Below are positions 52,317 to 64,000 of a DNA stretch of 64,000 nucleotides, one piece after another. The position numbers were made by a program, and so were the translations under genes. The notes below the pieces were generated by a model. That model made no database searches, was not told the origin of the DNA, and saw nothing but the letters and a program-made list of their open reading frames with translations. Each line of letters opens with the position of its first letter. The first letter of the stretch is position 1. Source of the stretch: Harriotta raleighana (Eukaryota); the NCBI GenBank assembly GCA_050575255.1, contig JBNZDD010013679.1:1973367-2037366 (forward strand). The letters run 5' to 3'.

Positions 52317-53591
52317 TACTTACATTTGGGGCCCCATTGTTTATAATCCAGAGTCTGGAGCAAGGTGCATTTAATTTGACCAATAGACGGAATGTTTTCA
52401 ATCAGTTTCAGGATCCACACAATAAGTACAAATTGTATCCCCTTCTACTCTACGGTGTGTGATCCTGAAGGGCTGAGGCAACACTTGTTCCTGCTTCACT
52501 CAACGAAGGAACCATTTTCCCCTGATAAATGAGATTGAAAGTTTGCTACATCAAGGTAGCTTGAATTGACCATGCATATACAGAAGATATGAAGACAGCC
52601 AACAAGCCCTTCAGGTGCATCTTGAGCAATAAGACAATGCACACATGTCAAACTTCTCCTTAGCAATACCCNTATACAGAAGATATGAAGACAGCCAACA
52701 AGCCCTTCAGGTGCATCTTGAGGAATAAGACAATGCACACATGTCAAACTTCTCCTTAGCAATAACCAAAATGCATTCCAGTAATCAAATTATGAGTCAC
52801 AAAAATCTTTTTTTAATATAAGAAGATGGCATTCTGGGTCTTTTCAGGTACTGATGCAGACTTTTATTTACTAGAAAGTATCCATGAAAAGAAAGTGCTG
52901 GATTCAAGATCCAAAGCTAAAAGGAAAAATTTTGAAAAGAAAAAAGTGTAAGCGGTCTCAAATTGGAAACCTACTAAATTAAAAACTGGAGCTTTACAAA
53001 AAGCTTTGAGACATGTCTCATAACTGACATGAAATGAAAAAGAACAAATGGTATTATAATCACATAGACTTGGTAGCATTTTGATCATATGCACTGGAAG
53101 CCTCTGAATGGTACTGCAATCTTAATTGGACATGACCCCAGTGGTTGATTTTGAATGAAATTATTTTTACTTGCAAGCTTCAATGCAAAAGTAGAATTTT
53201 GTTGCAAAGAGAAACGTCAAATTTAGAGGCTCGCTGCAATTAATTCTTAGGATTTGGGAATTTTCCCTCCAAAATGATTGTTGGGAGACAAATGAGGAAA
53301 CAAATGTTATCAGTCTACCAACTTGATCATATCACAAGTCTGGAACAGTGATCAGTCATGTAAACTGTTACTCAAAGCTTGAAAGTATGAGTTTACACAA
53401 CAGATTATACCTTTGCAATGATCTCCCTGCAATTCCGAGGACTGACATTTTGAACCATGACACTGCTGCTGTAGAATTGGGCATCAAAGTTACCGTTCGC
53501 TCACCAAATCAATTAAAATCTTGGCAGCAGATGCTCACGTTGGCCTTTTGGTAAAAAGGTTCCAGGAGTCACTGGCTCTTAATAGAAGTCA

Positions 53592-53885
<294 letters not shown>

Positions 53886-55535
53886 TTAAGTTCCATGCCC
53901 CTCGCAACAAAACTAGTGGTATTTAAATATACTGTACATCTAAAAATGCTCAAAACAATGCATGGCTCTTCAATGTACCAGGCTGATGGCTTAGGGTTTT
54001 ACTGGCCTTTTTTTCCCAACATCTTCTTGAAATAGCTCTTAATAGGAGATGGTGTTATTTATCTAATTTTGTGTCCGTCCAAATGTGGGCAGTAACAACT
54101 TGCATTTGTATATTTGATTCATTTATTTAGACAACCAGGGAGTATCTTGATATAGTCAATTTCATCCCTAACACTCTACATTCTACACTCAAAGAATAAC
54201 CAGAGCTAGCGGAGTCCTCACTTCCATTTTATCCTGTATTGCCAATTGTATATGGATATGGATATCTACTGATGGAATTAGTCACCAAAGCAAGGAAAGA
54301 GAATCACTAGTCCTTTCCTGCTCTAGCACTCTGTGTAAGGGCATTAGCATGCCTTGAGCTCAGCTGGCATAATTTCACAATCTATTCCAAGTTCACAGCC
54401 ATTTACCTAGAGGTAATGAAAGGCTCTACGAAAAGTCTCAGTTGAGCAGTAAATGACAAAATATGCATTTTGAGATTTAANGAGCTCAGCTGGCATAATT
54501 TCACAATCTATTCCAAGTTCACAGCCATTTACCTAGAGGTAATGAAAGGCTCTACGAAAAGTCTCAGTTGAGCAGTAAATGAAATTGGAATTTGTGTAAG
54601 AATTTTAGTAACTCTCAAAATTCATATTAGTCACATAACTTTCACATTCTTAAAGGATTATCTCCTGCAAGCAAGAATTACAGCCGCCTGAGACAATGGG
54701 GTTAAAGTTTGAGCAATTCAATGAGCTTTGTTTAGTCTTACCATTTGAAGTCTAATATTTTCCATCCTTTCAAAAGAGGAATGCACACCAAATTCTGAAC
54801 TATACCACAAAATACATTTCATCCAAGAAGCTATCTAGAGTTAGTTCAGTATTGTTATTTCTACAATAGTTCCAAGTATTAATAGCGTAATGAGTTAGGG
54901 CACACATTATTCAGTACTGTATTAATATATGCTACACATAACCTAAGTTAAGAAGGTGAAAAACTGCTTATTTACCAAAATGGAATTGGTTTGACTGCTA
55001 TAGATAGGCAGACATTTACTGCACTGAGCAACAACTTTAAAGAAAATTTGGATGAGGAATATTGGTCAGGCAACAGGAGAATGGTTTGGTATTTGAAACA
55101 GCACCATGGGATCTATCAATGTCCAGTGAACTACCAAAATAGGCAGACTCAAGTAGTTACAGCGTCACCCAAAGGTCGGTTCCTCCAATACAATAACTAT
55201 AGATCTTCACTGCTGTTGTTCTGCAGTTGTATTCCCGCTGCGTGCTACACAACTGAAACATTCTTTTAGATCTTTATCCACCAGGTTTTTGTTGACAGAG
55301 TCCCTTAAGAGTGAGAATTTACGAAAATAACACGTATGGTTGAAGAGGCATGCAGAATGCTTTCAAGCTGATTTCACCTAAAAGCATGCAATGGAAATCC
55401 TCTGGGGCTTCAGCAGGTTATTTACTAAGTGAAAACCCAGAAACACAGCTCTGAATATAATTCCTGGTTGACAACTTGTTTGTTACGGCAACATTTTGTT
55501 TCAAGGTCAGATAAGCACATGGTTTGAGCATGTAT

Positions 55536-55834
55536 GAGGTCCTGTAGCTCAGTGGTTAGACCACTCGCTTTACAAGCAAGAGACCTGGATTCAAATCCAG
55601 ATAGGGTGAAACCTTGGCCAACTTTCCTTATTCCACATGCCTAATAATAATCCCTCAAAAAAATAATAAATTGGTCATTTCAATCAGAAGACTGTTTGTG
55701 GGACATTGCTGTTCAATTGGCTGCCACATTTCACCCCCTTTTATCCAATTCACTTTAAAATATATGCTGAGAAGCGCTTTGAGATGTATTGAAGACGTGA
55801 AAAGCGCTATATTAAATCCAAGGCTTATTATTAT
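55536..55834 (+). mobile_element. Deu-domain SINE, full length, ELAVL2 intron
   Basis: gtcctgtagctcagtggttaga head, core and tail. Confidence 0.85.
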
Positions 55835-55968
55835 GGTTTCAATTTAATGGTTGTGCATTGCCAACATTATCCTAGTTATAGCCTAGTAAAATAACTGTAG
55901 CCTAGTTATTTAGTGAGGAAAAAAAAATCAGTGATTAAAGGTCAGTATCAAATTGGGTATTCCAACTA

Positions 55969-56473
55969 CAGTAAACTTTCGGAAGAACGGCACCCTCGGG
56001 ATTGAGTAATACCGTTTTTTCAAATTTTCCTTTATATCAAGAGTGACTCTATACAAATTGGTCTGCTTTTTTTTAAAAGAGTTAAAAGCTTTTATTTTTA
56101 AGCGGTAAAAGCTTTTTTCTAGCGTTTTAAAAGCCAGTCTCTTTTGCTGCGACCCAAATCAGACTCCCACCATGAGAGGGTTGCTCAGTTCAGCCAAAAC
56201 GTTATATCTTGTGGACGGCAGAAATTAAGTACAATTGCACAAATCAAAATAAGGTTTGTTTTTTTAAAAAGTAATTTACATGCTATGTACAGCATATATT
56301 ATGTATAGCAGTCTAGTGCTATATATTTATATAATTTATATAAATGTATTTATAATATATCTACTGTATGTTGCTGTGAAGCTCTGCCACTTTTGAAAAA
56401 GGACGGCTTTTCAAAAATGCCGTTAGCTCGAATGTGCCGTTCTTCCAAGTGCTGTTCTTTCGAAAGTTTACTG
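55969..56473. mobile_element. Tigger/mariner-like MITE, family 2
   Basis: TA|CAGTAAACTTTCGGAAGAAC ... GTTCTTTCGAAAGTTTACTG|TA: ~20 bp TIR with one mismatch and TA TSD. Confidence 0.85.
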
Positions 56474-58575
56474 TAATAGGAATGGTCGGAAAGTTGAATA
56501 AATTGACAAGAAGTCTGCTGCATTAAAATACAACTCGGATATCAAGTTTTTAAAAAAATGTTTTGGTCTGAATCTTGATAAGGTTTGAGTAACCACAGTT
56601 GAAGGCAATCCTGTTCAATGAATCTCAATATTGTCCATGAGATGACATTTGCACTGACATTTTACAGTGAATAGAAAATGAAGTTTTGGCTACATCAGTT
56701 CTATATATTCATTATATCAAACTAAACGAGTATGTTTCATCCCGTTCAGAAGTCTCATTAATCATATTCCATCCAGACTCAGTCTTACATACTCGATCCC
56801 AAGTTGTGCACTTAACTGCTCAGTCTACATGCTCAAAGGTGTGTGGGTGGATTCACAGTTTATATAATGTTGCACTATCAGCAAGGACTGCATCTTCACA
56901 TTGTGATGGAGAAATAGAAGGAACAAATATTAGTACAGGTATATACTTTCTCTAAAATAGCTAGAACATTCGACTACCTCACCTACAGGAATAGAAATGT
57001 TATCAAACCAGTCTTGAAATGCATCCAACTGACCCTTCTTCTGGATTACCCCCCATCTGTCAGACCATATGAATTGTGCAGAAAAGGAACCGGTTTGTGT
57101 TGGAACGATGCTCCTTGTCCAGGAAATCAGCTTTGCTCCAATATCCTCCAAAGGAGGACCAATTCTAGAGCTGGACTGCTTATTGCCTTATCACCATGAA
57201 CAGGAGGGTAAGCTAAAGTCTAAATCTATCAACACATGTTTACACACGTTTTAGCCTCTGCAAACCACCCCCCACCACCAAGCAATGCAACAGAAGCATT
57301 CAGTACTAATGTTGTTATGTCGTGTATGGCTTTGCATTTGGAGCCATCTTATTTAATCACCACCTGCAGCTCATTTTTAAAATATCCACACAGAACACGG
57401 CAAGAGTTCTACAACCCACTGAGACAAGTGCTGTACAAAGCACACAGTTATTAAACAATCCAGTGAGTGGTAAGGGGATCAGATTCACATAGGTTATTGA
57501 ATCCAAGCAGCTCTGACACCTCCAGAGGGAATTCAAGCATCACTAATTTCTCCCCAAAACATCAGGACGCACTGGTTACAATCACAGGCAAATGTGGAGA
57601 TGGTGCAGGAAAGGAGAACTTAAGTGCTCCATGAACACTAGAATCAAATGTTCAATTGTGTATGGATGGTGGTAAAAAAAAGAGAAAGTCAGACATCCTT
57701 GTTTCCTGCAGCAAATTAAGTTAAGGAATTCTATTCAGCTTTTACGCCACTAAATGTTGGCTGACACTAGCAAAGCTAAGCTGATGGCAACATTTCTTTA
57801 CGAGTTGCCATTTCATTTATAGTCTTGTATATTCTGGCCTGTTTGAATCCATTCTGAGCAGAACTTGATTTGAGTTAAAACTTTACGTAACTGAGTAATC
57901 CAAAACCTATAATTTACATTAAAAACCATACAAACCAGCCTCAATTATCCAAAGCACATGCACCAGCTCCACTAAGTGAGCTTGATGGGAAGGGTGAAAA
58001 TTCTTCCACACCTGAATCAGAGCAACAATACTAATGTACACCAATGTAGATCTCTTAAAAACAGACTCATTTGTCCCACTCCAAGCCCAAACATTTAGAA
58101 AACATCCTCTTTCCCTATTTGAACCAAATAAAGATTTTATCCGTTTGAAAATTAAAGACAAATACAAAGGATTGTGGAATGTGCAACTTGAAATTTGAGA
58201 CAAAGTCCCCTCTACAAAGTCTCCAAATTAGACACTGAGAAACAAGGTAACGGAGCAAATGCTTAAATCTGGAATCCACTCCTTCAATGCCTTGGGACGT
58301 CCTCCCGAACATGAAAGGTGCTCTATAAATATAATTTTGTTGTTGTGGTTCATGGTCTGATGTAATCTTTTGAGGACGTTTTTGGAGTACAAATACTTTC
58401 TATATGTTATACCAATAGCAGCATCCTTCCAAATAGTGAAGTTAAAATCGAAGCAAATGAGCATTTTGGGGAATTGAAAGGTCTTAACTGGTACAAGCAG
58501 GCTTCTGAATTTAAATTTAATCCCAAGGTTCTGCCTTGGGATGTCCTCCCATAGTGAAAGGCACTATGTAATTTG

Positions 58576-58910
58576 ACAGGGTGAATAAGGAAAAACTGTT
58601 TCCACTGGTGGGTGAATACTCGTGGTCACAGATTTAAAATAGTTTCAAAATGAATCAGAGGGGAGCTGAGGAGAAAGGTTTTCACTCAGCGGGTTGTTCG
58701 CATCTGGAATGCATTGCCTGAAAAGGTGGTGGAGGCCGATTCAATAACAGCTTTTAAAAGAATTAGATCTTGATTTAGGAAGAGCAGGTCTGTTAGATTA
58801 TGGGGAGAAGCTGGGCAGTGGGATTGAGTTGCTCTGTTCAAAGAGCCGGGACAGACGAGATGGGCCGAATGGCCTCCTTTTGTGTCGTAAAATTCTATGA
58901 TTCTATAATT
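58576..58910 (+). mobile_element. CR1 LINE 3' end
   Basis: ttcactcagcgggttgttcgcatctggaatgcattgcctg and tail gggccgaatggcctcc...ttctatgattctat; homologous to the left part of 11648-12890. Confidence 0.88.
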
Positions 58911-60619
58911 CTGTTTTCTTGCAAAACTCTAACGTAATTACATATAATCTGAATACTGAAACTGGTTATTTGGCCCAATTTACTTATTCATACACCACAT
59001 ACACCACAACCCATCCTAACCTCCATATCTCTCAATTTCCTTCCCTCTCATTTATGTAGAGTATCTTCATTAAGAATTTGTGTAGATGTATGAATGTGTA
59101 CAATCAAAGAGGGAGTTTGTCTTGTGACATGCAGCATCTAGAGAAGCTTTCTAAATTGATAGGATGCTATTTTACTAAATTTTTGTTTTGTAAAATCCCA
59201 AACAAATTCGCATTGAAAGTCCACACAACTGTGACCACCTGATTAAATTGAACTGTATTTATCCACCCAACCGTACTTCGGATTAAGGTCAACAATTGAG
59301 GCCATGTTGCATACCTGCCTCACAGACGAGGCAGACAGGTTGCCCAAGATTGCCCTGAATTGGTAAGAACCTACCAGTTTCAGCAAGCACATGTCCTCTG
59401 AACCAGCTTATGATTTGCAATCACTCTCTCCCGGGGAGGAGTTTATCATGCATGGTATTTTATTTTATGAACACAACACTGAAAGAAAAGGATAAATAGC
59501 AACAAAGAACCTTCTGGTCCCAAGTCCAATCCACCATTAATTCTGAACAAATCTACTTGTCTTCCTAAATGAATTAACTAATTTAATAACTGCTTTGCAA
59601 TGGCTTCATCACAAATTGTATTTATAATCTGGCAAATGTCCATAATTAACTTTAGGCTGCAAATCTGTTCTGCTGGCAATGTTTTTCACATTCAAAATAG
59701 AGAAAAAGTGATCAAGCAGGAGACTCAAGTTTGATCTGATAAACTCTGCTAAGACATTCAACCCTGGACTATAGTACTGTAATAGATGAGACAAGGCACC
59801 ACTTCTAAATGGCAAAGGCAAAAGAATTGTTTAAAATCAGCTATCCAACTGAGACCGTCTGAAATTTCCAGTTACAAAATAAGATAAATAGCCAATTTAC
59901 AATAGTCCAAAAAATTTAGATCAGTCCCAACTAAACTTTTCCACAATGAATAATTCAATTCAACATTTACCAGTCAATCATTCTTCCAAAAATCCTCATC
60001 TACAGGATTTTGAAAGCATGATGCCAAAACCACCATTGCAAGTATTGTCCCACTGATGATCTTTACAAGTTAGAACATTATGTTCAATATGTATCATGGT
60101 CCTTGGGTCTGAAGTTCCATCAAAAATGTTTTCAGGGAAATGACAATTAGATTAATTTTGCTACGATAGCATTTACATCAAATTGGCAAAATTCAGTAAA
60201 CCATCATTCCATTCAATTAGTTCTTTTTCATTTGGATTTTTGGGTAAACTGCAGATTCAGGTTTTTGGTTTTTTAAATTGCCCTTTATCACAGAGTTTAA
60301 AGTTTAACCAGAAGAGTCCAACAGCAAACTCATTGTTGACTTCATCTCGTGCTATTTCCATTCTAACACCAAATATGTAAAGCATCTTTCATGTTGGGAG
60401 GATGTCCCAAGACACTGAACAGTCAGAAATCAGGAGTATCACTACTCAATTTAGCTAAACAATTCACTATCAACTAAAACTTGCTCCAACTTAACTCATT
60501 CCAACTTAACCTTATTCAAACATAACTCCAGGAAATATGAAAATGAAATGCCTTCCTACAAACAAAATGTGTTTTGGTCAGCTGAGAATGGTTAAGAATG
60601 GCCAAATCAGAGTTCCATG

Positions 60620-60882
60620 TATCCCTGTTTCTTGAATCCTCCACACCCTTTGAAATTTCATCCCACAGTACCTTTGCCTCAATCCCTCCATGGCTTCCTT
60701 CAAGTCTACCTTAAGACCCTCCTTTTCTAACACGCCTTGAGTCACTTTCCTGGCCCCCACCTTCCTTGCCCTCCACCCGCACTGATCCCAACCCCCCAGT
60801 TTGGGTGCAAATCTTCGACTGCTCAACCCCTTGGGAGGTTCTCCTGTCATGAAAGGCGGAATCCAAATATAATTTGTTATTG
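60620..60882 (+). mobile_element. L2 3' fragment in ELAVL2 intron
   Basis: cttccttcaagtc...ccttgggaggttctcctgtcatgaaaggcg tail, as in other copies. Confidence 0.7.
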
Positions 60883-61226
60883 CCATTCACATGGAAACTC
60901 CAGAGATTTGTTGGGACTCAAATGCGCACTTCATCTGGAGGGATACATCTGGCCTACCTAAAAAGAAAAGAATTTCATATATCCAGTAAATAATAGTTTT
61001 GCCTATAAATTATCCTAGAAACAACCTCCACATATCTAACCTTTCATTTTTTGTTCTACTATCTACTAGTTACAAAACTCCACTGATAGCCAAACCAATT
61101 TCTGATACAATTAGTTTTTGTATGGAGAATAATTCCATTTGCTTCATTTTTTATGGCCAAGTCTGCTTACACACCAACATTTTAAGAATCAATGCATCTG
61201 TACTATTTCCTATGTTGATATTACTA

Positions 61227-62045
61227 CAGTAAAAGCTTGTTTATCCAGCAACCTCGGGACCCGGTTAAACGGCCGAATATTGGTCGAATATCTTACGCCA
61301 AAAACCCAACACAAAAAAAATTACTTTTTTTTAAACATACTATATTAATAATAGACTAAATAACAACAGAATATTGTATGGATACTTACCAATAAAGCAA
61401 TAAATATCGATTACACTCCATAAACACAGCACACAATCACAAAGCAAACTTCTACAATGGCGGACGATAGTGCCTTAAAGCGACACTGTCGGTTTTTCCT
61501 CTTTCTTTCTCTCCCTCCTTCACTCTCTTTCACACACACACACTTAGTCAGTCTGGCATCTCAATGGCTCCTATCCCAAACCCCCTCTACTCCTCTCACT
61601 TTCCATTTAAATTAATCAACTCATCCCCCCCCTCTCTCTCCCCCTACCCTCTCTCTATCTGCCTCTTTCTCCTCTCCCACCCATCTGTATAAACACGATA
61701 GAGTCAGGCTACACAGACAATACGTAGTATCCATCAGAGAGAGAGAAAGAGAGGGAAGGAAAGAAAGGAAGGAAGAGATAGAAAGAGAGAGCGAGAGATA
61801 TAGAGGAAGGAAGGAGAGAGAGAAAGAAAGAGGAAGAGAGAGAAAAAGGANTCTCCCACCCATCTGTATAAACACGATAGAGTCAGGCTACACAGACAAT
61901 ACGTAGTATCCATCAGAGAGAGAGAAAGAGAGGGAAGGAAAGAAAGGAAGGAAGAGATAGAAGAGAGCGAGAGATATAGAGGAAGGAAGGAGAGAGAGAG
62001 AAAGAAAGAGGAAGAGAGAGAAAAAGGAGGAAAAACAGCACCGCC
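61227..62045 (-). mobile_element. Tigger-like MITE, family 1, inverted and truncated copy
   Basis: TA|CAGTAAAAGCTTGTTTATCC then the reverse complement of the right part of 49560-50530 (e.g. attaataatagactaaataac, cacagcacacaatcacaaagcaaacttctacaa); second TIR missing; includes an N-gap duplication. Confidence 0.8.
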
Positions 62046-62049
62046 CTGC

Positions 62050-62350
62050 ATACAATATACTATAAAGTGAATTGACTGCATACTTGGTAGGCAAATGCAA
62101 GCAGCCAATCGCACACAGTGTCCCACAAACAGTCATAGATTGATATGATCAATTTATTATTTATTTTTGTAGGAATTATTACCCCGCAAAAGCGATCCAC
62201 CCATCAACTAACAACTGGGTTCCTATTTACTCAACACATCTCTGATCACCCAGCAGTAAGAAATGTTGCCCAACATTTCGCCATTCCGCAAATTGAACCC
62301 AGATCTCTCGTTTGCGAGGCATGTGCTCTATCCACTCTGCTGCAGGACCC
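62050..62350 (-). mobile_element. Deu-domain SINE (minus), ELAVL2 intron
   Basis: gcagccaatcgcacacagtgtcccacaaacag core and gtgctctatccact head remnant. Confidence 0.7.
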
Positions 62351-62973
62351 AACATCAGAATTCCATCAGCCACTTGTTGATCACTCCATGAACTTATCTA
62401 TATGCTAACTTGTATGTCTGTACCTCTAGTCATTTGTATTACTCATTAGTTTACCAGGCTATATGATGTGTGTGTATACATATATATATATATTTATATC
62501 ATATATTAACTATAGTTTCAGCTATAGAAGCAACTTAGTCTCTCCACATATCTAACCTATTATCTTTGTTCTACTGTCTACAACACAAACACACAGCCTT
62601 TATCTCTATGTAGATAAAACCAGGGGAGTGATTGTGATGCTAAACCAAAGAAAGGTGTATGGAAATGTAGCCAAGTTATAGTGCCTCCTCATAATTCAAA
62701 AGAAGTGAGGTGATCTGTGCCTAGAGTGAAACCAAATCAAAGTTCTGGACTGGAAAGATAATTCAATGTGGGCACACCAAGGAAAGGAAGCCCCTTCAAA
62801 TAAAACACCTGCCAATAGTAGAACGACTAATTTCACAAAAAAATTCAGATAGGAGAAGACAAACATTTTCTGAAGATTGATGCTTTGCTAATCAAATGCT
62901 CATTTGTGTGCAGCTTCTTTTTATCCTACAAATGATTTCCAAAAAGGTTAGATGTCCGCTTTTCTTTAAAGAT

Positions 62974-62994
62974 TTCAGCACCTAGGACAGCTAC
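62974..62994 (+). promoter_or_regulatory. RE1/NRSE (REST binding site) in ELAVL2 intron
   Basis: TTCAGCACC-TA-GGACAG-CTAC versus consensus TTCAGCACC-NN-GGACAG-CGCC; both half-sites intact with canonical 2-bp spacer. Confidence 0.65.
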
Positions 62995-63566
62995 AATTTG
63001 CTCTGTGACAGCAACATTCCTCTCGACTATTCTCAGCATTGCAGAACTTGGCAGCCAGCCATATCCAAATTCGTATTGACTTCACACACCACCACCTATC
63101 TGCACAATCCAGACATGCCTATTCTACATAAAACCACCTTGAAAACTGCTTTAACAGCAATTATCAGTTTAAATCCTATTTCTAAGCTTTTTAAGTTTGC
63201 TTTACATTCCTGCTCAATTTAAAAAAAAACACATTAGCAATACAAGGAGGATTAAGACTCAATCGTCATACAGCAGCTTCAAAATAAAGATTATAGCCGC
63301 TTTAAATTTATTACTTCACCAGCCGTGAAAGCACAGTTCAAACCTGCACCTCCAGGGTGGGAAATGACTTAAGTCAGTGTGAGCTCTTAAATCTATTTCT
63401 GTCCATGCATATTTATGAACAATTCCAGCAGAAAATTGCATTTTCTGGGCCACATATCACAACCTTTGACAAGCTCTGGAGGCAACACAGCAGCAATTCA
63501 AAACAGCATATTGCACAACCTGCCAGATTAAAGACAAAGGTGTAGAGACAAAAGAGTGGGCACCTA

Positions 63567-63725
<159 letters not shown>

Positions 63726-64000
63726 CTAAAGAGAAGAATGTTTATCTTGTTACAAAGCATACAAAAATAGTAAATGACAAGTCTTCTGGCAAGTATTACA
63801 CAAGAGAACTTTAAAAGTGAAGGATTCACAAAAAGAAAACCTGTACACCCACCCATTCACCCAAGAGGGAAAAGCTGTAGTTGGACATCTACATTTGTGA
63901 AGCATTTCGGAGAAAGTCTTCTGTTGCGCACATATTTTATACCCCTCATGAAACCACAGGAATCTAAATATACCTTAATTTTATGGCTGGATGAAACACC

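Noticed and set aside
52577-52765. ~92-bp tandem duplication around N at 52672, producing a repeated peptide in ORF 52496..52762
   Set aside because: Assembly or haplotype overlap artefact; the ORF is spurious.
54356-54582. ~100-bp duplication around N at 54481
   Set aside because: Assembly artefact.
56930-57454. Cluster of short ORFs in an ELAVL2 intron (also ~60100-60380)
   Set aside because: No recognisable domain or splice-consistent frame; cannot be supported without a homology search.
61673-62030. ~180-bp duplication around N at 61851
   Set aside because: Assembly artefact within a low-complexity MITE interior.

Overview
Eukaryotic, repeat-rich vertebrate genomic DNA. The repeat content (tRNA-headed Deu-domain SINEs, L2 LINEs with (TTG)n tails, shark-type CR1 tails, a shark-type Penelope remnant) points to a cartilaginous fish, probably a chimaera (inference). 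The only gene supported is the 3' half of ELAVL2 (HuB) on the minus strand: four coding exons (154, 226, the 39-nt hinge microexon, and the RRM3 terminal exon) plus a ~2.3 kb repeat-free 3' UTR. Positions 1-45 kb are a gene desert of SINE/LINE fragments. Almost all ORF-track entries are repeat fragments or noise. No unambiguous new system was found. The best leads are: (1) a ~600 bp non-TE block duplicated 16.9 kb apart, near-identical in its core but diverged in its flanks, carrying splice and poly(A) signals just downstream of ELAVL2; (2) inverted Tigger-like MITE and SINE pairs bracketing the ELAVL2 226-nt exon and microexon (circRNA, editing or skipping potential); (3) an intronic REST/RE1 site; (4) several isolated strong hairpins. 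Single-N positions with duplicated flanks look like assembly artefacts. Repeat boundaries are approximate and the repeat list is representative, not exhaustive.
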